Positions 38,501 to 48,350 of a stretch of 64,000 nucleotides of DNA are shown piece after piece. The position numbers and the translations under genes are program-made. The notes below the pieces were generated by a model. The model saw nothing but the letters and a program-made list of their open reading frames with translations. It ran no database searches and was not told where the DNA came from. The DNA is from an uncultured Flavobacteriales bacterium (lineage in GTDB: Bacteria > Bacteroidota > Bacteroidia > Flavobacteriales > BACL11), in assembly GCA_905478185.1 (NCBI GenBank), contig CAJQHO010000001.1:17924-81923 (forward strand), read 5' to 3'. Each line of letters opens with the position of its first letter. Position 1 is the first letter of the stretch.

Positions 38501-38518
38501 CCCACTCTAACGAGTGGG
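38501..38518. terminator. Bidirectional rho-independent terminator
   Basis: CCCACTC-TAAC-GAGTGGG hairpin flanked by A7 (38494-38500) and T6 (38519-38524). It serves tRNA-Phe on the plus strand and the convergent T9SS cargo gene on the minus strand. Confidence 0.7.
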
Positions 38519-38545
38519 TTTTTTGTTATTTATATTATTTAAGAA

Positions 38546-40471
38546 TTACTCAACAATAACTTTCTCCACATAAGTAGAACTATTATTCTTCAGTTCTACA
38601 GTATAAACACCTTTACTGTAAGAAGATAAATTAATAGTTGTAATAACATCATTAATAGTTGATGAGTAAACAGTTTGTCCTAACGCATTATTTACAGTGA
38701 TATCATGTTTTTCAGTAGCATCTAACTCAATTGTAAATACTCCATTTGTAGGATTAGGATAAACATTAAAAATAGATTGTTTAACATCAGTAATTGTATT
38801 TACATTACCTGGATCAAAATTCATACGAACCATTGGTGCTCTTGTAAGATAATACCATGTTGGTGTTCCTAAATTTGCAGGGTCATTTGGATTCAAACCA
38901 AACTCATCAAATAATGAGTGTTCTCCATTATATAAAGAATTATCTGTTGTGCCAATATAAACACTATCAGTGGGATGTTGAAATCCTGCTATACCAAATT
39001 CATAAGCATAACCATTAAACAAATTTATAGGACTAACAAATGGGATATCAACCCATGATCCCAAATCACCAGAAGTAATTGTATAATTATCAGATTCATC
39101 TAAAAGAACAACACCCCCTGAAGCAGCAGCAACATTTGTATCTAACTCATACAATATTGCTTTTACTTCACTACCAACAACAGATTCATCAGTGATATAT
39201 ACTCTTAATGCACTAAGCACCTCGTCAGCATACATCTCAAATCGTGTTGTAAAATGCCACTGATCACCAGGACCACCAAGAATCCATGAGTTATTAGAAT
39301 TTGCTTCTCCTAAGTCTTTAGCATAGATATATTCTGAGATTTCCATCATCTTATATGTTGTATCTGAAACAGTTGTAATTACACCTGAAGAATCAGATTC
39401 TCCCCAAATAGCAATCCCATAACCTCCAATTGCAGGAGATAAAGGTGGAGTAGTTGTTACAATCATTGAATCAACAGTATTTGTAGGGGAAAAAGCAAGA
39501 ACAGAAGTTGAAGCAGAAGCGCCTGAATAAGTACCTGTTCCATATGTCTCATATCTCAAAATAGATTCTTGATCAGAAGCCCCTGAATTTCTTAAAACAC
39601 CTTCAATAACATAAGGATGATTTGCCAATTGTGATGTTGGAGTAACAGTATAGTCTAATCCAACAATACCATTAAAACCTAAACCTGAATAGTTTGCGTA
39701 ATCAAGCCAGAAACCTCCAATAACAACATCCTCAATTTCAATAATATTTGCTGGAGTTTCAGCTAAAGTTAAATCATCAATCTGCCAAAAATAATAGCCA
39801 GTAAAACCATTATTAGAATTTGTTGATCCCTCAAATACAAAACTCATTTGAACATCTGAATTCCCTACGACACTAAAAGGCACTCTTACTAATGCTATTT
39901 CATCCGTAAACGTAGCATCATTTACAGCAATATTCGCATGCACCTGTACTCTTTCTACAAAAACACCTGCAACATAGAAATCAACAAAAGCTTGGCCAGC
40001 AAATGTTCTGTAGTAGGAATTAAAAGTTAACAAAACATCAGCATAAGCTGACATATCTATCATATCAGTCCTCAAATCTCCATTATGAGGTGTAGGATAC
40101 ATTCCTGTTCCAAATGCTCCTGCTACACCATTATTATCATAAAAGTCAGAATCAAAAATAATAAAGCCATTAGATGCTGTTGCTGAAGCAATTGGATTGC
40201 CAGCACTTGCATAAGCACCTTGACTCCCTGTTGAGTTAGATGGACTTGTTGATGCTCCTCTATACTCCCATGGTGCAGTAGAATTAGTCCATGTTGCAGG
40301 TATTCCATTTGCAAAATCTTCTGACCAAAAAGGAGCAGATTTTTCAGCATTCATTAGAATTGATTTATTAGATTTTTTTCCTTTAGCTACTGTAAAAGCA
40401 TCCAAAGATGATTGCGCAATAGCACTAACTGAAATAGCTAAAGCACAAATAGAAATATAAATTTTTTTCAT
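38546..40471 (-). CDS. Secreted T9SS cargo protein, paralog A (signal peptide, MAM / choice-of-anchor-J-like N-domain, T9SS C-terminal sorting domain)
   Basis: 641 aa from the ATG at 40471 (MKKIYISICALAISVSAIAQS). The first domain ends in the FWQIDDLTLAE-type string. The C-terminal ~75 aa (IFNVYPNPTNGVFTIELD...KGVYTVELKNNSSTYVEKVIVE) match the type-A Por/T9SS sorting-domain pattern. Confidence 0.85.
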   Translation of the reverse strand: MKKIYISICALAISVSAIAQSSLDAFTVAKGKKSNKSILMNAEKSAPFWSEDFANGIPATWTNSTAPWEYRGASTSPSNSTGSQGAYASAGNPIASATASNGFIIFDSDFYDNNGVAGAFGTGMYPTPHNGDLRTDMIDMSAYADVLLTFNSYYRTFAGQAFVDFYVAGVFVERVQVHANIAVNDATFTDEIALVRVPFSVVGNSDVQMSFVFEGSTNSNNGFTGYYFWQIDDLTLAETPANIIEIEDVVIGGFWLDYANYSGLGFNGIVGLDYTVTPTSQLANHPYVIEGVLRNSGASDQESILRYETYGTGTYSGASASTSVLAFSPTNTVDSMIVTTTPPLSPAIGGYGIAIWGESDSSGVITTVSDTTYKMMEISEYIYAKDLGEANSNNSWILGGPGDQWHFTTRFEMYADEVLSALRVYITDESVVGSEVKAILYELDTNVAAASGGVVLLDESDNYTITSGDLGSWVDIPFVSPINLFNGYAYEFGIAGFQHPTDSVYIGTTDNSLYNGEHSLFDEFGLNPNDPANLGTPTWYYLTRAPMVRMNFDPGNVNTITDVKQSIFNVYPNPTNGVFTIELDATEKHDITVNNALGQTVYSSTINDVITTINLSSYSKGVYTVELKNNSSTYVEKVIVE

Positions 40472-40528
40472 TGTTTGTTTATTAAAATTATTAAGTGTGT
40501 AAATGTATGAAAAATTAAGCATAAAAAA

Positions 40529-40547
40529 AGCCCGGATAAACCGGGCT
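40529..40547 (-). terminator. Rho-independent terminator between the two T9SS cargo paralogs
   Basis: AGCCCGG-ATAAA-CCGGGCT hairpin. On the minus strand it follows the paralog B stop (40573) and is followed by a T-run (the complement of the A-run at 40523-40528). Confidence 0.65.
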
Positions 40548-40572
40548 CTTATTGATTCAAATAATTTAAAAA

Positions 40573-42438
40573 TTACTCAACAATAACTTTCTCAGTAAAT
40601 GTTGCATCATTGTTCTTTAACTCAACAGTGTAAACGCCTTTATCAAAGTTTGATAAATCAATAGTAGTTTCCATTGTATTAGTTAAAGTTGCGTAAACTG
40701 TTTGTCCTAAAACATTAGTAATAGTTACATTATATTTTGCTGTAGCATCTAAAGCAATTACAAACTCACCATTTGATGGGTTAGGGTAAACATTAAAGAT
40801 TGTTTGTTTAACATCAGCAACTGCAGAAATAGTTGACGGGTTAAGGTTCATTCTTAACATTGGAATGTCAGAAATAGTCCACCATTGAGCCCCAGATGCT
40901 CCATCAAAAACATTTTCATTATCCCAAATACCTTGTGAAGAATACTCTCCTAAACCTGAAAGGTCAATACCAACAGTATCAGTAGGATGTTGATTTGCAC
41001 CAACAGAAATTCTATATCCTGTTCCTGCTAATAATGATTGAGAAGAAAGGAATGGGATATTAACCCATGCACCTAAATCAGCAGGAGTAATAGTATAATC
41101 ATCTGTTACATCTAATGGAATTGGATCTCCACCAGAAATATCTTCTTCATACAAAGTTGCATAGACTACAGAACCAACTATTGACCAATCAGAAATATGA
41201 ACGTCTACAGAATATAAGTCATCATCAGCAAAGATATCGTAAGTAGAAGAAACTTCAAAACCACCTGTAGGTCTATTTAATCTCCAATACCCATTAGCAG
41301 AACCATAGTCTTTTCCGTATTGGTCATCAGTAACAAATGACATTTTAGTTGTAGTATCAGTATAAGTTATCGTGTTACCTAAACCTGCCGAATCAGCAAC
41401 AGAATATATTTCCATAGTATATAAGCCAGTATTTGCTGGAGTAAATGTTGAGTTTGCAGCTACTGTATCTTGCTCACCGGCAGCAATTGTTAATACATTC
41501 GCAGTTGTTGATAATACATTAGTTCCTGAAGCATCTTCAGTAACTTCTACATGCATAGTAACATCTTGTGTTCCTATCCCTCCATTTCTTAATACAGCCT
41601 CAAAAGCATAAGGATTAGCAGTTGCTTGAGAAATAGGGTTAAAAGTATAATCTTGACCTAAACCACCAGTAGTTTGGTAGCCGATCCACCAACCACCCAT
41701 CACTTCTTCTGAAGAAACAACCAAATTGTCAGGTAATTCAGAGATAGCAATATCATCAACAGCCCAGTACCAAGCCCACATATCATTATCATTGTAATAG
41801 AACTGAACTAAAACCTCTGACATTCCGCCAGCAACTGAAGATATATCATAAGTAGATAAATGTGGATTATCAGAAGATTGATTTGGATAAGTATAACCCT
41901 GGTCATTAGTAATCTCATCAATCTCAATCCAAGTAGTACCATTATCAGGAGATATTCTTACTACTCTTGTATCTTGCCACCATCTGAAATTATGCTGGAA
42001 TGTTAACTGCACATTAGGATACATAGATAAATCAATTGGAGCAGCATTAGTAAACTCACAAGAGATAGTTGTACCGTCATTATCTGTAGGGCCTCCATCA
42101 GCATCAGAACTTACCATCATGTAACCATTAGCAGCTGAATTAGATGCCATTGGAGTTAATGAACCTCCAGCTGGAGTAGCATTAGGATCCATTTCAATAG
42201 CCCAATCAATATTTAATGTGCTTGAATTAGTAAAAACCCAAGTAGAAGCAGATGAACAATCATCTGACCAAATTGTTGCCGGAGCAGCTGCTGAAGCTGT
42301 AGGCGTAAAATTAGGAGTAGTTGATAGAGTCGAATACCCTTTTGTTAAATTGTCATTTGGCATATTAACCAAATTTGATTGTGCAAAAGTTGCAATTGCA
42401 ACTACTAGAGCACAAACAGCAAGTAAAAATTTTTTCAT
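40573..42438 (-). CDS. Secreted T9SS cargo protein, paralog B
   Basis: 621 aa from the ATG at 42438 (MKKFLLAVCALVVAIATFAQS). Same architecture as paralog A (WAVDDIAISE string; CTD IFNVYPNPSNGEFVIALD...KGVYTVELKNNDATFTEKVIVE). The two 3' ends share an identical run, aattactcaacaataactttctc. Confidence 0.85.
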   Translation of the reverse strand: MKKFLLAVCALVVAIATFAQSNLVNMPNDNLTKGYSTLSTTPNFTPTASAAAPATIWSDDCSSASTWVFTNSSTLNIDWAIEMDPNATPAGGSLTPMASNSAANGYMMVSSDADGGPTDNDGTTISCEFTNAAPIDLSMYPNVQLTFQHNFRWWQDTRVVRISPDNGTTWIEIDEITNDQGYTYPNQSSDNPHLSTYDISSVAGGMSEVLVQFYYNDNDMWAWYWAVDDIAISELPDNLVVSSEEVMGGWWIGYQTTGGLGQDYTFNPISQATANPYAFEAVLRNGGIGTQDVTMHVEVTEDASGTNVLSTTANVLTIAAGEQDTVAANSTFTPANTGLYTMEIYSVADSAGLGNTITYTDTTTKMSFVTDDQYGKDYGSANGYWRLNRPTGGFEVSSTYDIFADDDLYSVDVHISDWSIVGSVVYATLYEEDISGGDPIPLDVTDDYTITPADLGAWVNIPFLSSQSLLAGTGYRISVGANQHPTDTVGIDLSGLGEYSSQGIWDNENVFDGASGAQWWTISDIPMLRMNLNPSTISAVADVKQTIFNVYPNPSNGEFVIALDATAKYNVTITNVLGQTVYATLTNTMETTIDLSNFDKGVYTVELKNNDATFTEKVIVE

Positions 42439-42469
42439 TTTTTTGTTTTTTAAATTATTTAATTGGTCG

Positions 42470-42477
42470 CAAATATA
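42470..42477 (-). promoter_or_regulatory. Bacteroidota-type -7 box (TATATTTG) upstream of T9SS cargo paralog B
   Basis: Exact TAnnTTTG match on the minus strand, 32 nt upstream of the ATG, with an ATTG 19 nt further upstream as a possible -33 element. Confidence 0.4.
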
Positions 42478-42522
42478 AGATAAGTATCGCAATTAGCAAT
42501 ACTAAAATTATCAAAGTCTTAT

Positions 42523-45408
42523 CTACTCAATATAATCAGAAATAGGAGTACAAGAACAAATTAAATTTCTATCACCAAAAGCATCATTAATCCTCCTTAC
42601 ACTTGGCCAGAATTTATGTTCTTTTACCCAACTTAAAGGATAAAGAGCTTTTTGTCTTGAATACACAAAGTCCCATTTATCATTTACTGCAAGGTTAATA
42701 GTATGAGGTGCATTTTTCAATACACTTTCTTCAACTTTTACTTTTCCATCTACCACCTGATCAATTTCTGATTTTATTGAAATCATAGCTTCACAAAATC
42801 TGTCAATCTCAGCCTTACTTTCACTCTCAGTAGGTTCAATCATTAAAGTGCCTGCAACAGGAAATGAAACTGTAGGTGCATGAAAGCCGTAATCCATCAA
42901 TCTTTTTGCCACATCAACTACTTCTATACCATCTACTTTAAACATCCTGAAATCAATAATCATCTCATGTGCTATTCTAGCATTATCACCAGTATATAAA
43001 ATATCAAAATGTTCAGAAAGCACTTCTTTTATATAGTTAGCATTTAAAATTGCTATCTCTGTTGAAGACTTCAACCCTTTTGTACCAAGCAACTTTATAT
43101 ATGCATAAGAAATTGACAATACCAGAGCGCTACCCCAGGGAGCTGAAGAAATTGACATTCCTTTTTCTCCTCCCATCTTAACTAAAGGATTATTTGGTAA
43201 AAATGGCTTCAAATGCTCAACAACACCAATCGGACCCATTCCAGGACCACCTCCGCCATGAGGAATTGCAAAAGTTTTATGTAAATTTAGATGACAAACA
43301 TCTGCTCCAATAATTGCAGGATTTGTAATTCCAACCTGAGCATTCATATTAGCACCATCCATATAAACTTGCCCTCCATTATCATGAATAATCTTTGTGA
43401 TCTCCATTATTTCCTCTTCATAAACTCCATGAGTAGAAGGGTAAGTAACCATCAAACAAGATAAATTATCTTTATGTTCTTCCGCCTTTTCTCTCAAAGC
43501 TTCAACATCAATATTTCCATTTTCATCACATTGAGTAACTACAACTTTCATTCCTGCCATAACTGCTGATGCTGGATTTGTACCATGTGCTGAAGAAGGA
43601 ATCAAGCAAATATTTCTACTCTCATCACCTCTACTTTCATGGTAAGCTCTAATAACCATCAACCCAGCATACTCTCCTTGCGCACCAGAATTTGGTTGTA
43701 AACTCATAGCGTCAAATCCAGTAATTTCACAAAGCATTTCTTCTAGTTCATGAAACATAATATGATACCCCCTAGCTTGATGTGAGGGAGCAAAAGGATG
43801 TAAATTTCCAAATTCTGACCAGCTCAATGGAAATAATTCTGATGCAGCATTCAACTTCATAGTACATGACCCTAATGGAATCATTGAATGAGTTAATGAC
43901 AAATCTTTATTCTCTAAACTTTTCATGTAGCGCATCATCTCTGTTTCGGAATGATACTTATTAAACACTTCATGTTGCATAAATGATGATTTTCTATAAA
44001 GTGCTTCAGGAATTCTTGCAGTTGCTTCAGTATAATCACCACTCAACACTTCTTTTATCAAATCAGCAGAATCAGAATGATTACAACTTTTTGCAAATAC
44101 TTCCAAAATATCATTTATGTTTTCTAAATCATCTTTTTCATCAATACTAATAGACAATGTTTCATCATCAATATAATTCAAATTAATTTTTGCGTCCTCA
44201 GCATAAGTTTTGATATTTTCCATTGAGACATTTCCAATTCCAATTTTTAAAGTGTCAAAATAGTTTACGTTCTGTTGATGATAACTTAACTGAGTCAAAC
44301 CCTCAGCTAATGTAGCAGTTAACGAATGAATTTTTTTACTCATTCCTCTCAAGCCTTCCCCTCCATGATAAACAGCATACATCCCAGCCATTACCGCTAA
44401 AAGAACCTGTGCAGTGCAAATATTTGAAGTCGCTTTCTCTCTTTTAATATGTTGTTCCCTTGTTTGCAGTGCCATTCTTAATGCTCTATTTCCATCAACA
44501 TCTTCTGAAACTCCAATAATTCGTCCAGGAATACTTCTTTTATATTTCTCAAAAGTTGCAAAATAAGCAGCATGAGGCCCACCATAACCCATAGGGACAC
44601 CGAACCTTTGAGAAGTGCCGACAACAACATCTGCACCCCATTCTCCAGGAGGAGTCAATATACTTAAACTCAATAAATCAGCAGCTGCAACTACTCTTAT
44701 TTCATGCTCTTTAGCTGATTTTACAAATTCAGAATAATCTATTACTTCACCATATTTTTCAGGGTACTGCAATAAACATCCAAAATATGAATCATCAAGT
44801 TTCACCTCATTATGATTGCCAATAACTAAATCTATACCAAAAGGGATTGCTCTAGTTTTTACAATTTCTAAAGTTTGTGGGTAACACAACTCTGAAATGA
44901 AGAACTTTACAACATTTGCTTTTTTCTGAGCTCTACTCCTACTACTCAACAACATTCCCATTGCCTCAGCAGCAGCAGTTCCTTCATCTAGAAGTGATGC
45001 ATTTGCAATCTCCATCCCAGTTAAATCAGTAACCATAGTTTGAAAATTCAATAAAGCCTCTAATCTTCCTTGTGCAATTTCTGCTTGATAAGGGGTATAA
45101 GCCGTATACCAACCTGGATTTTCCAAAATATTTCTTTGAATCACTCCAGGAAGTATCGTGTTAAAATATCCCATTCCAATATATGAACGATAATTTTTAT
45201 TCTTCTTAGCTACTCCTTGCATATGCTCAACAAACCTACTTTCAGATAACGCTTCAGGTAAATTCATTTCTCTTCCTAAATGAATTTTTTCGGGAATTGT
45301 CTCATCAATTAATTGATTTAAAGATGAAGCATTTACTACTTTTAACATCTCAGTAATATCATTTGCTCTTGGGCCAATATGTCTGTCAGAAAACTTATAT
45401 GTACTCAT
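42523..45408 (-). CDS. gcvP: Glycine dehydrogenase (decarboxylating), glycine cleavage system P protein
   Basis: 961 aa single-chain P protein. PLP-lysine region NLHKTFAIPHGGGGPG and a typical N-terminus FSDRHIGP. Confidence 0.97.
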   Translation of the reverse strand: MSTYKFSDRHIGPRANDITEMLKVVNASSLNQLIDETIPEKIHLGREMNLPEALSESRFVEHMQGVAKKNKNYRSYIGMGYFNTILPGVIQRNILENPGWYTAYTPYQAEIAQGRLEALLNFQTMVTDLTGMEIANASLLDEGTAAAEAMGMLLSSRSRAQKKANVVKFFISELCYPQTLEIVKTRAIPFGIDLVIGNHNEVKLDDSYFGCLLQYPEKYGEVIDYSEFVKSAKEHEIRVVAAADLLSLSILTPPGEWGADVVVGTSQRFGVPMGYGGPHAAYFATFEKYKRSIPGRIIGVSEDVDGNRALRMALQTREQHIKREKATSNICTAQVLLAVMAGMYAVYHGGEGLRGMSKKIHSLTATLAEGLTQLSYHQQNVNYFDTLKIGIGNVSMENIKTYAEDAKINLNYIDDETLSISIDEKDDLENINDILEVFAKSCNHSDSADLIKEVLSGDYTEATARIPEALYRKSSFMQHEVFNKYHSETEMMRYMKSLENKDLSLTHSMIPLGSCTMKLNAASELFPLSWSEFGNLHPFAPSHQARGYHIMFHELEEMLCEITGFDAMSLQPNSGAQGEYAGLMVIRAYHESRGDESRNICLIPSSAHGTNPASAVMAGMKVVVTQCDENGNIDVEALREKAEEHKDNLSCLMVTYPSTHGVYEEEIMEITKIIHDNGGQVYMDGANMNAQVGITNPAIIGADVCHLNLHKTFAIPHGGGGPGMGPIGVVEHLKPFLPNNPLVKMGGEKGMSISSAPWGSALVLSISYAYIKLLGTKGLKSSTEIAILNANYIKEVLSEHFDILYTGDNARIAHEMIIDFRMFKVDGIEVVDVAKRLMDYGFHAPTVSFPVAGTLMIEPTESESKAEIDRFCEAMISIKSEIDQVVDGKVKVEESVLKNAPHTINLAVNDKWDFVYSRQKALYPLSWVKEHKFWPSVRRINDAFGDRNLICSCTPISDYIE

Positions 45409-45564
45409 TTTGATTTATTTAGGTTGCAAAAATACACTTTGTAGTAGATTAAAAAACAAAAATATAACTAGTTTTTTAGGAGTTGAAAACTTATAATTTG
45501 CATAAATCTTATATTTAACACAGTATTCTCCTATATAAGAGTAATTTTGCAAAAAATTTTAAGC

Positions 45565-47451
45565 ATGACATTTTCTGAAATAGGACTGAACATAAACTTA
45601 CAAAAAGCTATTGCCGATTTAGGTTTTGAGGCACCAACACCAATACAACAAGAATCAATTCCATATTTATTGGAAAATGAAAATGACCTTATAGCATTAG
45701 CTCAAACTGGCACAGGTAAAACTGCTGCATTCGGACTTCCAGTTCTTCATAAAGTTGAAGTTGATAGGAAATTACCTCAAGCAATTATCTTAGCCCCAAC
45801 AAGAGAGCTTTGCCTTCAAATTGCAAAAGACATGGATACTTTTGCTAAATATATTAAAGGATTAAAAATCACCCCTGTATACGGTGGTGCGAGCATTGTT
45901 CCTCAGATGAGATCATTAAAATCAGGAACGCAAGTTGTTGTTGGTACTCCTGGTAGAGTTATTGATTTAATCAACAGAAAAGCTCTTAGACTACAGGATA
46001 TTGAATTTGTTGTTTTAGATGAAGCTGATGAAATGTTAAACATGGGATTCAAAGATGATTTGGATACAATTTTAGCTGAAACACCAGAAGAAAAACAAAC
46101 ACTATTATTCTCAGCAACTATGCCTAAAGAGGTAATGAGGCTTAGTAAAAACTACATGCACAGCCCAAAAACAATTGAGGTTGCAAGTAGAAATGAAGGA
46201 GCAAAAAACATTGAGCACCATTACTATATGGTTCAAGCAAGAGATAGATATAAAGCATTAAGAAGAATTTGTGATGTAAACCCTGAAATCTATGGAATTG
46301 TATTTTGCCGTACAAGAAGAGAGACAGCTGACATTGCAGATAAATTAATGCAAGATGGATATAATGCTGATGCAATTCATGGAGAATTATCTCAAGCACA
46401 AAGAGATAATGTAATGGGGAAATTCAGAAAGAAGAAAATTCAATTACTAGTCGCTACTGATGTTGCTGCAAGAGGAATTGATATCAATGAATTAACACAT
46501 GTTATCAACTACAACTTACCTGACGATAATGAAGTTTATGTTCATAGATCTGGAAGAACTGGAAGAGCAGGAAACAAAGGTATTTCTATTATTATTGCAC
46601 ACAGCAGGGAGGGTAGAAAGTTAAAATCAATCGAGAGAATGATTAAGCATGACTTGATTCTTAAAAAATTACCGAATGGTGATGAAATTTGTCAAATTCA
46701 ATTAATGAAGTTAATTGACAAAGTAGTGGCTACTGACGTAAATCATCAAATTGATAAATACTTACCGTCAATTGAAGAGAAATTAGAACACCTTGACAAA
46801 GAAGGGATTATCAAGCATTTTGTTTCTACAGAATTTAATAGATTCTTAGCATTTTACAAGAATGCACAAGATTTAAATGTTACTGGAAATAGCAGAAACG
46901 ACAAAAATGATAGAAATGATAGAGGTAATAGAAAGAGAGGAGGAGGAGGAACTGGGCATGCTGAAGCTGGACATACAAGATTTTTTATCAATTTAGGACA
47001 AGAAAAAGATTTACAAGCTCATAATTTAATTGGATTAATTAATGAGTACACTCGTAACAGAAATATTCCTATCGGTAAGATTGATATTATGGGGAAATTC
47101 TCATTCTTTGAAGTTCCAACTGATTTTGAAACTGATATCATGAGTGGCTTAATAGATGCAAATTGGAATGGGAATAGAGTAAATGTAGAAGTTTCTCAAG
47201 CTCCTGGAACAAAATCAAGTAGAGGAGGTGAGAGAAGAAGACCAAGAAGTGGTGGTTCATATTCAGGAAGAGGAGGTGGAAAAAGAAGCAGTGGCGGAAG
47301 AAACGGAAGAATCTCTAATTCTAGAGGATCATCATCAACCAGAGGTAGCGGAAGTTCATCAAGAAGAAGTTCTGGTGGAGAAAGCAGTGGAGGAGGATCT
47401 TCCTTTAAAGGAAAATTTAATGCTGCTGCAAAAAGGAAAAGAAGAGACTAA
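45565..47451 (+). CDS. DEAD-box ATP-dependent RNA helicase with a DbpA-like RNA-binding domain and an Arg/Gly/Ser-rich tail
   Basis: Q-motif/GFEAPTPIQ, AQTGTGKT, DEAD (VLDEADEM), SAT, HRSGRTGRAG. The C-terminal FFINLGQEKDLQAHNLIGLI domain is followed by a basic low-complexity tail. Start placed at the ATG at 45565 (the track used a TTG at 45547). Confidence 0.9.
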   Translation: MTFSEIGLNINLQKAIADLGFEAPTPIQQESIPYLLENENDLIALAQTGTGKTAAFGLPVLHKVEVDRKLPQAIILAPTRELCLQIAKDMDTFAKYIKGLKITPVYGGASIVPQMRSLKSGTQVVVGTPGRVIDLINRKALRLQDIEFVVLDEADEMLNMGFKDDLDTILAETPEEKQTLLFSATMPKEVMRLSKNYMHSPKTIEVASRNEGAKNIEHHYYMVQARDRYKALRRICDVNPEIYGIVFCRTRRETADIADKLMQDGYNADAIHGELSQAQRDNVMGKFRKKKIQLLVATDVAARGIDINELTHVINYNLPDDNEVYVHRSGRTGRAGNKGISIIIAHSREGRKLKSIERMIKHDLILKKLPNGDEICQIQLMKLIDKVVATDVNHQIDKYLPSIEEKLEHLDKEGIIKHFVSTEFNRFLAFYKNAQDLNVTGNSRNDKNDRNDRGNRKRGGGGTGHAEAGHTRFFINLGQEKDLQAHNLIGLINEYTRNRNIPIGKIDIMGKFSFFEVPTDFETDIMSGLIDANWNGNRVNVEVSQAPGTKSSRGGERRRPRSGGSYSGRGGGKRSSGGRNGRISNSRGSSSTRGSGSSSRRSSGGESSGGGSSFKGKFNAAAKRKRRD

Positions 47452-47462
47452 CTTTTCTTCTT

Positions 47463-48119
47463 TCATACTACAAAATCTTTAAGGTAAAAAGGCTCAAAAT
47501 AAGCAACATCTTCAAAATCATTATTGGAATATTTTTGAAATGCTAAAGTCCGAATGTCTTTTGCTGAAGGATAGCATTCAATAAAATTTGCATTTTCATT
47601 ACTAATGATATCTGCACATTTTAATGCCCCATCACCAAAAAATAGGACTTCATTTTTTAAATATTCTGCATAAGTATTTACATCTACTACATCTGCATCT
47701 ACCTCTCTAATTTCATTGTTTTCTGAATCATACATTCCAGAAAAAACCTCCATCCTTCTAGCATCTATCATTGGGCAATACAAGGGAAAATCATAATTTT
47801 TAGAAATACCTAAAGCCATAGCTTTTAAAGTAGAAATAGCAATTAAAGGAATGTCTAAAGAATAACATAAACCTTTAGCAGTAGATGTTCCAATTCTTAA
47901 ACCAGTATATGACCCTGGTCCCATGCTTAAAGCAATAGCATTAAGATTATTAATGGAGATTTTTACTTCACTTAAAACTTCCTCAATAAATATTGTGAGT
48001 TGTTCGGCATGTGAATATCCTTCAGAGACTAGTTCTTTTAGTGCAAGTTGTTTTGCATCATCAAAAAGTGCAACTGAGCAATTTTTTGTAGTTGTTTCAA
48101 TTGCTAATATATAAGCCAT
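47463..48119 (-). CDS. tsaB: tRNA t6A37 biosynthesis protein TsaB
   Basis: 218 aa. The N-terminus MAYILAIETTTKNCSVALF and the GPGSYTGLRIG motif are characteristic. Confidence 0.85.
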   Translation of the reverse strand: MAYILAIETTTKNCSVALFDDAKQLALKELVSEGYSHAEQLTIFIEEVLSEVKISINNLNAIALSMGPGSYTGLRIGTSTAKGLCYSLDIPLIAISTLKAMALGISKNYDFPLYCPMIDARRMEVFSGMYDSENNEIREVDADVVDVNTYAEYLKNEVLFFGDGALKCADIISNENANFIECYPSAKDIRTLAFQKYSNNDFEDVAYFEPFYLKDFVV

Positions 48120-48350
48120 TAAAAATCGTAATAATGATTAGACAAATCAGTGACCAATCCAAAATTGATAAAATTAGTTTGCATTTCTGCTTCATAATTT
48201 ACTTCATCTCTAATTGTAATTCCAATGTTAATTTAAAGATTAGTTTTTGGATTAATAACATAAGTAATCAAAAATGATGCTACTAATGCAAAAAAAATAT
48301 TATAATCTGGGGGTAGCACTTTTCTGGTTTTGCCTGTAAAACTAAGAATT

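Noticed and set aside
38416-42522. tRNA-Phe-anchored genomic island containing the T9SS cargo genes
   Set aside because: I could find no integrase and no direct repeat of the tRNA 3' end further along. The genes are transcribed toward the tRNA with an ordinary shared terminator. The accessory character rests only on paralogy.
45409-45564. Possible glycine riboswitch ahead of gcvP or a structured cold-shock leader ahead of the DEAD-box helicase
   Set aside because: The divergent spacer is short and AT-rich. It lacks the conserved GGAGAG...CACCG glycine-aptamer elements and any extended helices.
47228-47482. 84-aa acidic ORF (MREEDQEVVVHIQEEEVEKE...) at the 3' end of the helicase gene
   Set aside because: It is simply the +1 frame of the purine-rich repeat DNA that encodes the Arg/Gly/Ser tail. 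It has no independent signals.
48120-48350. Small ORFs and possible ncRNA in the 230-bp spacer between tsaB and gmhB (including track ORF 48092..48277)
   Set aside because: The ORFs are short and low-complexity and overlap the tsaB start. I found no convincing hairpin, promoter box or conserved-looking structure. The spacer probably holds the tsaB promoter and the end of the glycan transcript.
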